57,804 nucleotides of DNA from NCBI GenBank assembly GCA_020721655.1, contig DYMG01000003.1, positions 1 to 57,804 on the forward strand, read 5' to 3'. The notes below the pieces were generated by a model. The model searched no databases and was not told the origin of the DNA. It was given only the letters and a program-made list of their open reading frames with translations. Of the stretch, positions 9,996 through 18,489 are shown piece after piece. The first letter of the stretch is position 1, and the number at the start of each line of letters is the position of its first letter. Made by a program: the position numbers and the translations under genes. Origin of the DNA: Paludibacter propionicigenes (GTDB lineage Bacteria > Bacteroidota > Bacteroidia > Bacteroidales > JAFGXI01).

Positions 9996-10985
9996 ATGGT
10001 CTTAGAAATTATTCTGCTTATAAAGAAACTAACTTGGTATAAAACAGCCAATCACTTAAAATTACGACTAAGTTTTTTATTGTCAATAATTTTAAAAAAA
10101 ACAATAATTTGGGGCAAATTTGAAAGTTTAACAATAGAACCAATTAATTTATGCAACCTAAATTGTATTGAGTGTCCAACAGGAACAAACAGTTTAACAC
10201 GAAAAAAAGGAGAAATTAATTTAGAACTTGCAAAAACAATTATTCAGAGTAATAAAAAATATTTATCGTATTTAATTCTATATTTTCAAGGCGAACCATT
10301 TTTGGCAAAAAACATCTTTTCAATTATTAAATATGCAAATGAAAATAACATTTTCACATATACATCTACAAATGGACATTTTTTAACTCAGCAAAATTGC
10401 GAAAAAATTATAGAATCTAAATTAGATAAATTAATAATTTCGGTTGATGGTGCAACTCAAGAAACTTATGAAATATATCGAAAAAACGGCAATTTAAATA
10501 AAGTACTTGAAGGAATTAAAACTTTAGTTGATGAAAAACTAAAACGTAGTTCAACACTTCCATTTATTGAGTTGCAATTTCTTGTATTTAAACACAATGA
10601 ACATCAAATAAAAGAAATGAAACAACTTGGTAAGTTGCTTAAAATTAATAAAATATCGATTAAAACAGCACAATTCTATAATTCTAACAACTATAAATAT
10701 TTAACACAAATAACCAAATATTCGAGATATAATTTGGTAAACGGAAAATTAAAAATTAAGAAAAAATTAAAAAATAGCTGCTGGCGAATGTGGCACTCTG
10801 CTGTAATTACAATAGAAGGAGATGTGGTACCTTGTTGTTTTGATAAAAATGCAAAACATACTTATGTAAATGTAGAAAAAATTGATATTAAGGAAATTAG
10901 AAACCTGAAAGAATATAAACAATATTCAACTGTAATACTCAAGAATAGAAAAAATATAGATATATGTAATAATTGTTCGGAATAA
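9996..10985 (+). CDS. radical SAM / SPASM-type domain protein
   Basis: CNLNCIECP (CxxxCxxC) radical SAM cluster motif, with a C-terminal Cys-rich region (CWRMWHSAVITIEGDVVPCCFDKNAKH...DICNNC). It starts 8 nt after the kinase gene. Confidence 0.8.
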   Translation: MVLEIILLIKKLTWYKTANHLKLRLSFLLSIILKKTIIWGKFESLTIEPINLCNLNCIECPTGTNSLTRKKGEINLELAKTIIQSNKKYLSYLILYFQGEPFLAKNIFSIIKYANENNIFTYTSTNGHFLTQQNCEKIIESKLDKLIISVDGATQETYEIYRKNGNLNKVLEGIKTLVDEKLKRSSTLPFIELQFLVFKHNEHQIKEMKQLGKLLKINKISIKTAQFYNSNNYKYLTQITKYSRYNLVNGKLKIKKKLKNSCWRMWHSAVITIEGDVVPCCFDKNAKHTYVNVEKIDIKEIRNLKEYKQYSTVILKNRKNIDICNNCSE

Positions 10986-10987
10986 GA

Positions 10988-11025
10988 AAAGCATTGTAAT
11001 GTGTTGTTTTACAATGCTTTTTGTA
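10988..11025. terminator. bidirectional intrinsic terminator between the radical SAM gene and frr
   Basis: Stem AAAGCATTGTAA (10988-10999) pairs with TTACAATGCTTT (11009-11020). A-rich sequence precedes it and T-rich sequence follows it, between convergent genes. Confidence 0.6.
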
Positions 11026-11042
11026 TTATTGTAGCTCTGTAT

Positions 11043-11606
11043 TTAAACAGTTAAAATATCTTTTTCTTTGTGTTCAATAATTTCATCAATAGTTTTGGTA
11101 AAATCGGTAGTAATTTTTTGAACTAATTCTTCTGCATCTTTAGCAATATCTTCCGATAAACCATTCTTTTCTAACTGTTTAATTTCAGTATTTGTGTCTT
11201 TTCTTATTGCACGAATACTTATTTTAGCATTTTCACCTTCTACTTTGGCTTTTTTTACTAATTCTAAACGGCGTTCTTCAGTTAGTGGTGGAACGTTTAA
11301 GCGGATTATTTCTCCGTTATTTACAGGCATTAGACCAATATTTGCAGCCATTATAGCTTTTTCAATAACATCAATCATCTTTTTTTCCCAAGGCTGAATT
11401 ACTATTGTTCTTGCATCGGTTGTATTTATGTTTGATACTTGTCCTAATTGAGATTTTACGCCATAATAATCAACATAAACACCATTTAAAATATTAGGGT
11501 CGGCTTTGCCTGCTCTTAAAGTAGCCAATTCAATTTCTAAATGTTTGATAGCTTTCGCCATTCTTTCGCGAGCATCATCTAAATATATATTTACTTCCTC
11601 AGTCAT
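11043..11606 (-). CDS. frr: ribosome recycling factor
   Basis: 187 aa that reads as RRF along its full length (LRAGKADPNILNGVYVDYYG, PPLTEERRLELVKKAK). Confidence 0.97.
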   Translation of the reverse strand: MTEEVNIYLDDARERMAKAIKHLEIELATLRAGKADPNILNGVYVDYYGVKSQLGQVSNINTTDARTIVIQPWEKKMIDVIEKAIMAANIGLMPVNNGEIIRLNVPPLTEERRLELVKKAKVEGENAKISIRAIRKDTNTEIKQLEKNGLSEDIAKDAEELVQKITTDFTKTIDEIIEHKEKDILTV

Positions 11607-11636
11607 TTTGTTTAATTTTTGAAACCATAAAATTAT

Positions 11637-12344
11637 TTAATTATTTACTAATGTACCAATTTTTTCGCCAAAAATAACTTTCTTTAAATTACCTTTTGTA
11701 TCCATATCGAAAACATAAACAGGTAAATTGTTTTCCATACACATTGCTGTGGCGGTTAAATCCATAATTTTTAAGCCTTTAGAGTACATTTCGCTAAAAG
11801 TTATATGTTCATATTTTTTAGCATTTTTATCTTTTTCGGGGTCGGAAGTATAAACACCATCAACCCTAGTGCCTTTTAAAAAAACATCGGCTTCAATTTC
11901 AATTCCTCTTAGAGCAGAAGCCGTGTCTGTTGTAAAATACGGATTGCTTGTACCTCCAGATATTATTACTATTTCTCCATTATTTAAAGCTTCCATAGCT
12001 ATAGTTTTGGTGTAAAACTCACCAATTGGCTCCATTCTTATTGATGTCATTAGCCTGTTTTTGCATTGTAAACTATCTAAAGCAGAACTAAGGGCTAATC
12101 CATTTATTACGGTTGCTAACATTCCCATAGAATCGCCTTTAACTCTATCAAAGCCTTTACTTGCACCGCTTAATCCTCTAAAAATATTGCCACCACCAAT
12201 TACAACTCCTATTTTAATTCCTAAATCGCTAATTTCTTTTATTTGGATAGCGTAATCGTTAAGTCTTTCCGAATCAATACCATAACCTTGCTCTCCCATA
12301 AGAGATTCGCCACTTAGCTTTAATAATATTTTTTTGAAAATCAT
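11637..12344 (-). CDS. pyrH: UMP kinase
   Basis: 235 aa with KILLKLSGESL, VVIGGGNIFRG and TTDTASALRGIEIEAD, canonical PyrH motifs. The pyrH-frr order is standard. Confidence 0.97.
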   Translation of the reverse strand: MIFKKILLKLSGESLMGEQGYGIDSERLNDYAIQIKEISDLGIKIGVVIGGGNIFRGLSGASKGFDRVKGDSMGMLATVINGLALSSALDSLQCKNRLMTSIRMEPIGEFYTKTIAMEALNNGEIVIISGGTSNPYFTTDTASALRGIEIEADVFLKGTRVDGVYTSDPEKDKNAKKYEHITFSEMYSKGLKIMDLTATAMCMENNLPVYVFDMDTKGNLKKVIFGEKIGTLVNN

Positions 12345-12425
12345 TTTTAGTATTTAAAATTATTTGATATAAAAGTATAAATAATAATTAATATTGATAA
12401 ACATTTTAATAACTATTCCATTTAC

Positions 12426-12456
12426 TTGACTTTTATATTTTTATATATTATATTTG
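12426..12456 (+). promoter_or_regulatory. Bacteroidota-type promoter (TTG-N20-TATATTTG) for the candidate small RNA
   Basis: TTG at 12426-12428 and a perfect TAnnTTTG at 12449-12456. The RNA closing stem begins 7 nt downstream at 12464. Confidence 0.45.
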
Positions 12457-12463
12457 TATTTGA

Positions 12464-12546
12464 GTTTTGATATTAGCCATCAATATGAGACCCGTATTCG
12501 GGTATAATAGTCCGATTGAGGAGGGTTAAATATCAAAACTTTTTTA
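12464..12546 (+). ncRNA. candidate structured small RNA of unknown family
   Basis: An 11-bp perfect closing stem, GTTTTGATATT (12464-12474) with AATATCAAAAC (12529-12539). It encloses TCAAT/ATTGA and ACCCG-TATT-CGGGT helices and is followed directly by TTTTTTATTTTT. The consensus promoter is correctly spaced upstream. The only ORF inside is 14 codons. Confidence 0.45.
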
Positions 12547-12809
12547 TTTTTAAACCATTTCTAATTTTATGTTCATCAACCTTTAATTGGCACCAATTTT
12601 TATCTCAAAACCATTGCCTATTATGTCGGCATCAACAATAAATGTAATATTGTAATATTTTTTATTGTTACATATTACTGTATATCAAACTGTTAAAAAA
12701 TAATTAAAAAAACAACATAATTTTATAGGGTAAACATTCTATTCTGTGTAATACCTCAAGTGTTTTTGCTATGCGTTTATAATTTAAAATTGTAAATAAG
12801 CATTAAATT

Positions 12810-12843
12810 ATAAGTCAAAGATATTAAAAAAGACTTATTTTTT
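12810..12843 (+). terminator. weak intrinsic-terminator-like hairpin upstream of the lpxC-fabZ promoter
   Basis: ATAAGTC (12810-12816) pairs with GACTTAT (12832-12838) around a 15-nt loop, followed by T5. The stem is AT-rich and the support is weak. Confidence 0.3.
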
Positions 12844-12860
12844 AAATGATAGACAAGCAC

Positions 12861-12868
12861 TACATTTG
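12861..12868 (+). promoter_or_regulatory. -7 promoter box TACATTTG for lpxC-fabZ/lpxA
   Basis: Perfect TAnnTTTG match 33 nt upstream of the ATG at 12902. Confidence 0.45.
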
Positions 12869-12901
12869 CAAATTATTTTTAAAATATAAAATATTTATAA
12901 A

Positions 12902-14299
12902 ATGTCAGATAAACAAAAGACTATAAAAAAGGCAGTTTCAATATCTGGAAAAGGGCTTCATACAGGAAAGGAGTGCAAAATCACTTTTAATCCGGCAGAG
13001 GTAGATTTTGGATATAAATTTCAAAGAACAGACTTGGAAAACAAACCAATAATTAATGCAATTGTAGAAAACGTTACAGACACATCAAGAGGAACAACAA
13101 TATCAGAAAATGGAGCAAGTGTATCAACAATAGAACACGCATTATCTGCTATTTATGGCTTAGGCATAGATAACGTATTAATTGAAATTGATGGTGTAGA
13201 AGTGCCAATTTTAGATGGAAGTTCATATCCGTTTGCAAAACTTTTAATTGAAGCCGAAATAGTTGAGCAAGACAAAGACAAAGAATATTTTGAAATAACA
13301 TCAAACATTTCATATTCTAAAGAAGCAGATGGTGTAGAGTATTTAGCAGTTCAAGACCAAAATTACAGTTTAAATGTGCTTTTAGATTACAAATCGACAG
13401 TTCTAACAAGCCAATATGCAAGCATAAACAGTATGGATTCTTATTTTGAAAACATTTCAAAATCGAGAACATTTGTGTTTTTACACGAATTAGAATTTTT
13501 AGTTAAAAATGGCTTAGTTAAAGGTGGAGACGTAAACAACGCAATTGTTTTGGTCGATAATAAAGTAAGTAAAGAAACTTTAGATGAGTTAGCCGTATTT
13601 TTTAATCAGCCTAAATTAGAAGTTGTTCCTGAAAAAGGAGTTTTAAATAATTTGGAACTAAATTATGCAAACGAACCTGCACGTCATAAATTACTCGATT
13701 TAATAGGCGATTTAGCATTAATTGGAGTACCACTAAGAGGTCGAATTTTTGCCAGAAAACCAGGACACGCATCGAACGTCGAATTTGCCAGAAAAATTAA
13801 AAAAATAATAAAAAAAGAACGTTCAGGAGTTTTTGCACCAAAAATTGATTTTAATGCCGAGCCATTTATAGACATAAACCAAATTAAAAAGATATTACCA
13901 CATCGCCCACCATTTTTATTGGTCGATAAAGTAATGAAAATGGACGAAACAACTGTTGTTGCAATAAAAAATGTAACAATGAACGAACCATTTTTTGTAG
14001 GTCATTTCCCTCAAGAACCTGTTATGCCAGGTGTTTTAATAATAGAAGCAATGGCACAAGCTGGTGGAATTTTAGTTCTAAATTCAGTTCCAGACCCAGA
14101 AAATTATAGCACTTATTTTATGAAAATAGACAATGCTAAGTTTAAACGAAAAGTAGTTCCGGGCGACACCTTAGTTTTTAAACTAGAAATTATAGGACCA
14201 ATTCGACGAGGAATAGCAATGATGAAAGCACAAGCATTTGTTGGAGATAATATTGTTAGCGAAGCAGAATTAATGGCACAAATATCTAAAAATAAATAA
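12902..14299 (+). CDS. lpxC: bifunctional UDP-3-O-acyl-GlcNAc deacetylase / 3-hydroxyacyl-ACP dehydratase (LpxC/FabZ fusion)
   Basis: 465 aa. The N-terminal LpxC part has ISGKGLHTGK, TIEHALSA and HKLLDLIGDL. The C-terminal FabZ hot-dog part has LPHRPPFLLVD, FFVGHFP and PGVLIIEAMAQ. This fusion is typical of Bacteroidota. Confidence 0.95.
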   Translation: MSDKQKTIKKAVSISGKGLHTGKECKITFNPAEVDFGYKFQRTDLENKPIINAIVENVTDTSRGTTISENGASVSTIEHALSAIYGLGIDNVLIEIDGVEVPILDGSSYPFAKLLIEAEIVEQDKDKEYFEITSNISYSKEADGVEYLAVQDQNYSLNVLLDYKSTVLTSQYASINSMDSYFENISKSRTFVFLHELEFLVKNGLVKGGDVNNAIVLVDNKVSKETLDELAVFFNQPKLEVVPEKGVLNNLELNYANEPARHKLLDLIGDLALIGVPLRGRIFARKPGHASNVEFARKIKKIIKKERSGVFAPKIDFNAEPFIDINQIKKILPHRPPFLLVDKVMKMDETTVVAIKNVTMNEPFFVGHFPQEPVMPGVLIIEAMAQAGGILVLNSVPDPENYSTYFMKIDNAKFKRKVVPGDTLVFKLEIIGPIRRGIAMMKAQAFVGDNIVSEAELMAQISKNK

Positions 14300-15082
14300 A
14301 TGAAACAGCCTTTATCATATATTCACCCTGATGCTATAATAGCAGATAATGTTGTTATAGAGCCATTTGTAACCATCGATAAAGATGTTGTTATAGGAGC
14401 AGGAACATGGGTTGGCTCTAACGTAACAATATTAGAAGGTGCAAGAATAGGTGAAAACTGTAAAATATTTCCGGGTGCTGTTATTTCGGCAATTCCGCAA
14501 GATTTAAAATTTGCAGGAGAAAAAACTACTGCAATTATTGGCGATAATACTACTATTCGAGAATGTGTTACAATAAACAGAGGAACTGTAGCAAAAGGAA
14601 AAACAATTGTTGGTTCTAATTGTTTATTAATGGCTTACGTTCATATAGCTCACGATTGTATAGTTGGAAATAATGTTATTTTAGCAAACTCAACACAACT
14701 TGCAGGCGAAGTTGTTATTGACGATTTTGCAATACTTTCTGGAATGATTGCTGTACACCAATTCGTGCACATAGGAAGCCACGTAATTATTTCCGGAGGT
14801 TCGTTAGTTCGCAAAGATGTTCCGCCATATACAAAAGCAAGTAGAGAACCGCTTTCATATACAGGGCTAAATTCAATTGGACTAAGAAGAAGAGGATTTT
14901 CTAATGAAAAAATTAATGAAATTCAAGAAATTTACAGAATTTTGTTTCTAAAAAAAATGAATAATACCCAAGCTTTAGAAATAATTGAAGCAGAAATGCC
15001 TGCAACTAAAGAACGAGACGAAATACTACTTTTTATAAGAAACTCATCACGAGGAATTATGAAAGGGTATTTCCCCGAATAA
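14300..15082 (+). CDS. lpxA: acyl-ACP--UDP-N-acetylglucosamine O-acyltransferase
   Basis: 260 aa with hexapeptide repeats and an LpxA C-terminal helical domain (NSIGLRRRGFSNEKINEIQEIYRILF). Its ATG directly abuts the lpxC-fabZ stop. Confidence 0.95.
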   Translation: MKQPLSYIHPDAIIADNVVIEPFVTIDKDVVIGAGTWVGSNVTILEGARIGENCKIFPGAVISAIPQDLKFAGEKTTAIIGDNTTIRECVTINRGTVAKGKTIVGSNCLLMAYVHIAHDCIVGNNVILANSTQLAGEVVIDDFAILSGMIAVHQFVHIGSHVIISGGSLVRKDVPPYTKASREPLSYTGLNSIGLRRRGFSNEKINEIQEIYRILFLKKMNNTQALEIIEAEMPATKERDEILLFIRNSSRGIMKGYFPE

Positions 15083-15088
15083 AACCTG

Positions 15089-15120
15089 AAAAATCCAACT
15101 TTAAGTTGGATTTTTTGTTT
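15089..15120 (+). terminator. intrinsic terminator after lpxA
   Basis: AAAAATCCAACT (15089-15100), TTAA loop, AGTTGGATTTTT (15105-15116), then a T-rich tail. Confidence 0.7.
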
Positions 15121-15181
15121 TAATAACAACCCGAAAAAAGACAAAAAAATCAATATTAATAACATTTTGTCAACAATTTAG

Positions 15182-15189
15182 TATCTTTG
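15182..15189 (+). promoter_or_regulatory. -7 promoter box TATCTTTG for pheT
   Basis: Perfect TAnnTTTG match 23 nt upstream of the ATG at 15213. Confidence 0.4.
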
Positions 15190-15212
15190 CACACTATAAA
15201 AAAAGAACAATT

Positions 15213-17657
15213 ATGAACATATCATATAACTGGTTAAAAGACTTCATAAATATTGATATAGAGCCAATTAAATTGGCGGAAATTTTAACTAATTTAGGAT
15301 TAGAAGTTGGTAGTTTTGAGCAAATTGAATCAATAAAAGGAGGCTTAGAAGGATTAGTTATTGGAGAAGTTAAAACTTGCGAAAAACATCTAAATGCAGA
15401 TAAATTAAGCGTAACAAAAGTAGATATTGGAAACGGACAATTATTAGACATAGTTTGTGGAGCACCAAATGTAGCTACAAATCAAAAAGTTGTTGTTGCA
15501 ACAGTAGGAACTGTTTTATACAGTAATAATGAAGAATTTGTAATAAAAAAATCGAAAATTAGAGGTGCAGATTCCGAAGGAATGATTTGTGCCGAAGACG
15601 AAATTGGAATAGGAACATCTCACGATGGAATTATTGTTCTGCCAAATGATGTTAAAATTGGAACAAAAGCATCAGAATATTTTAAAATAGAAAAAGATAT
15701 AATTTTTGAAGTAGATATAACTCCAAATAGAGTTGATGCATCATCGCATTTTGGAGTTGCAAGAGATATTGTAGCATATCTTAAAACTCAACAAAAAATA
15801 GAACTCAAAAAACCATCTGTCGAGAACTTTAAAACGGAAAATAACAACTTAGAAATCTCTGTTAAAATTGAAAATAACGATGCTTGTAAACGATATTCTG
15901 GAGTAACAATTTCAAATTTAACCATAAAAGAATCGCCGGAATGGTTGCAAAATAGACTTAAACTTATTGGTTTAAAGCCAATTAACAATGTTGTTGATGT
16001 TACAAATTACGTATTGCACGAAACTGGACAACCACTTCACGCTTTCGATACCGATAAAATTGATGGGAAAAAAATTATAGTAAAAACAGTACCGGAAAAA
16101 ACAAAATTTATAACCTTAGACCAGCAAGAACGCCAACTTTCCGAAATAGACTTAATGATTTGTAACCAAAACGAGCCAATGTGCATTGCCGGAGTTTTTG
16201 GTGGAGCACACTCGGGGGTTTCAAATTCAACAAAAAATATTTTCATAGAAAGTGCATATTTCGATTCGGTTTTTGTGCGTAAAACTGCTAAATATCACGG
16301 ACTTAGTACCGATAGTTCGTTTCGTTTTGAACGAGGAACAGACCCAAATAATACAATTTACGCTCTAAAAAGAGCCGCATTATTGATTAAAGAAGTAGCA
16401 GGTGGAAATATTTCGTCTGATATTATTGATGTTTATCCAAATAAAATTGAAGATTTTGAGGTTAAATTAAATTTTAGCAATTTAAACCGTTTACTTGGTG
16501 AAAGTATTGATAAAGAATTGATTGTAATAATAATTGAAGCTTTAGAAATTAAAATAGTAAATAGAACCGATGAGTTTTTAGACCTTAAAATTCCACCATA
16601 CAGAGTAGATGTAAAAAGAGAAATAGACGTAATTGAAGAAATTTTGCGAATTTATGGCTACAATAACATTCAAATTCCAGAAAAACTTAACACAACATTG
16701 TCGTATAGGCAAAAACCTGATAAAGAAAAAATTCAAAATTTAATTTCCGATTTATTGAGCAATAACGGGTTTAATGAGATGATGTCTAATTCATTAACAA
16801 AATCTGAATACTATAATAAAGAATCGTTTAAAGACGAAAATACAGTTAAAATATTAAACCCTCTAAGCAAAGATTTAAATGCAATGAGACAAACTTTGCT
16901 TTTTGGAGCCTTAGAATCAGTAATATATAACTCAAATCGTAAAAATTCAGATATAAAACTTTACGAATTTGGTAATGTATATCAACAAAAAGCATCATTA
17001 ACAGATAATTCTGTAGGTAAATTTCAAGAAAATAAGCATTTAGCAATTGTGCTTTCGGGATATCACGATGACGAACATTGGAAAAATGAAAAAAATGAAG
17101 CCGATTTTTTTCACGTAAAAGCTTACGTAGAATTAGTTTTACAACGCTTAGGACTTAATATTGATGAATTAAAAAGCACGTTTATATCAAACGATATTTT
17201 TTCTGAAGGATTATCAAAAACATATAAAAACACTGAATTAGTTCAGTTAGGATTAGTTAACAACAAAATTTTAAAAGAATTTGGTATAGATTTTAATGTC
17301 TTTTACGCCGATTTTAATTGGGATAATATTCTAAAATTATTGAAAAATATAAAATTTGAATTCACAAATTTGCCTAAACACCCCGAAGTTCGTAGAGATT
17401 TATCGTTACTTTTAGACGAAAATATAACTTTTGCAGAATTAAAACAATTAGCGCTAAAACTTGAAAAAAATCTAATTAAAAAAGTAGATTTATTCGATTT
17501 TTATAAGGGCGATAAAATTGAAAAAGGGAAAAAATCGTACGCAATTAGTTTTATTATTCAAGACGACGATAAAACACTTACCGATAAGCAAATAGAAAAA
17601 ATAATGGGTAATATTCAATTTCAATTTGAAAAACAATTTGGAGCAAAATTGAGATAA
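15213..17657 (+). CDS. pheT: phenylalanine--tRNA ligase beta subunit
   Basis: 814 aa starting MNISYNWLKDFI, a canonical PheT N-terminus. It has a tRNA-binding domain, B3/4 and B5 domains and a C-terminal FDX-ACB domain. Confidence 0.97.
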   Translation: MNISYNWLKDFINIDIEPIKLAEILTNLGLEVGSFEQIESIKGGLEGLVIGEVKTCEKHLNADKLSVTKVDIGNGQLLDIVCGAPNVATNQKVVVATVGTVLYSNNEEFVIKKSKIRGADSEGMICAEDEIGIGTSHDGIIVLPNDVKIGTKASEYFKIEKDIIFEVDITPNRVDASSHFGVARDIVAYLKTQQKIELKKPSVENFKTENNNLEISVKIENNDACKRYSGVTISNLTIKESPEWLQNRLKLIGLKPINNVVDVTNYVLHETGQPLHAFDTDKIDGKKIIVKTVPEKTKFITLDQQERQLSEIDLMICNQNEPMCIAGVFGGAHSGVSNSTKNIFIESAYFDSVFVRKTAKYHGLSTDSSFRFERGTDPNNTIYALKRAALLIKEVAGGNISSDIIDVYPNKIEDFEVKLNFSNLNRLLGESIDKELIVIIIEALEIKIVNRTDEFLDLKIPPYRVDVKREIDVIEEILRIYGYNNIQIPEKLNTTLSYRQKPDKEKIQNLISDLLSNNGFNEMMSNSLTKSEYYNKESFKDENTVKILNPLSKDLNAMRQTLLFGALESVIYNSNRKNSDIKLYEFGNVYQQKASLTDNSVGKFQENKHLAIVLSGYHDDEHWKNEKNEADFFHVKAYVELVLQRLGLNIDELKSTFISNDIFSEGLSKTYKNTELVQLGLVNNKILKEFGIDFNVFYADFNWDNILKLLKNIKFEFTNLPKHPEVRRDLSLLLDENITFAELKQLALKLEKNLIKKVDLFDFYKGDKIEKGKKSYAISFIIQDDDKTLTDKQIEKIMGNIQFQFEKQFGAKLR

Positions 17658-17692
17658 ATATTTCAAATAAATTTTACGCAAAAAATAAATTT

Positions 17693-18481
17693 ATGAACGA
17701 AAAATTAAAAGCAATTGAACGTTTGTTAAATATTATGGACGAGCTAAGGGTTGGTTGTCCGTGGGATAAAAAACAAACTTTTGAAACTTTACGAAAAAAT
17801 ACAATTGAAGAAACTTTTGAACTCGCCGATGCTATTGTAAATAAAAATTACGATGAAATAAAAGGCGAATTAGGCGATTTGCTTTTACACATTGTTTTCT
17901 ATTCTAAACTTGGCGATGAGCTTAATAAATTTAACTTTGCTGATGTTGCAAATGCTATTTCCGAAAAATTAATTTACAGGCATCCACACATTTATGGAGA
18001 TGTTAAAGTTGCTAATGCCCAAGAAGTTGCAAATAATTGGGAAAAACTTAAACTTAAAGAAAAAGCAGATAAAAAAGTTTTAGACGGAGTTCCAAATTCA
18101 TTGCCAGCTTTAACAAAAGCTATTCGTTTACAAGAAAAAGCACGTGGAGTAGGTTTCGATTGGGAATTTCCGGAACAAGTTTGGGAAAAAGTAAACGAAG
18201 AACTAAATGAAGTAAAAGATGAAATTAAAAAATTTGAAACATCTAAAAATAAAGATAAAACACATTTAGAAGCAGAATTTGGCGATTTGCTGTTTTCTGT
18301 TATTAATGCAGCACGTTTATATGAAATTGACCCCGAAATAGCTCTTGAAAGAACTAATAAAAAATTTATAAATCGCTTTAACTATTTAGAACAAGAAACT
18401 ATTAGCAAAGGAATTTCGCTTCACAGTATGTCGTTAGACGAGATGAACGTAATTTGGGATAAAGCAAAAAAACAAGAATAG
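17693..18481 (+). CDS. mazG: nucleoside triphosphate pyrophosphohydrolase MazG
   Basis: 262 aa with LRVGCPWDKKQTFETL, EETFELADAI and a second EAEFGDLLFSVIN repeat, the tandem MazG domains. Confidence 0.9.
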   Translation: MNEKLKAIERLLNIMDELRVGCPWDKKQTFETLRKNTIEETFELADAIVNKNYDEIKGELGDLLLHIVFYSKLGDELNKFNFADVANAISEKLIYRHPHIYGDVKVANAQEVANNWEKLKLKEKADKKVLDGVPNSLPALTKAIRLQEKARGVGFDWEFPEQVWEKVNEELNEVKDEIKKFETSKNKDKTHLEAEFGDLLFSVINAARLYEIDPEIALERTNKKFINRFNYLEQETISKGISLHSMSLDEMNVIWDKAKKQE

Positions 18482-18489
18482 TATTAAAA

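Noticed and set aside
12488-12532. 14-codon ORF (MRPVFGYNSPIEEG) inside the candidate small RNA
   Set aside because: It is too short and is embedded in base-paired stems. It shows no sign of a coding signal, so the RNA interpretation explains the sequence better.
12585-12598. TTGGCAC within the palindrome AATTGG-CA-CCAATT as a possible sigma-54 -24 element
   Set aside because: The required -12 GC (TTGCW) is absent at the proper spacing, because TTTTA follows. No enhancer-binding protein is encoded nearby. It is kept only as part of the intergenic description.
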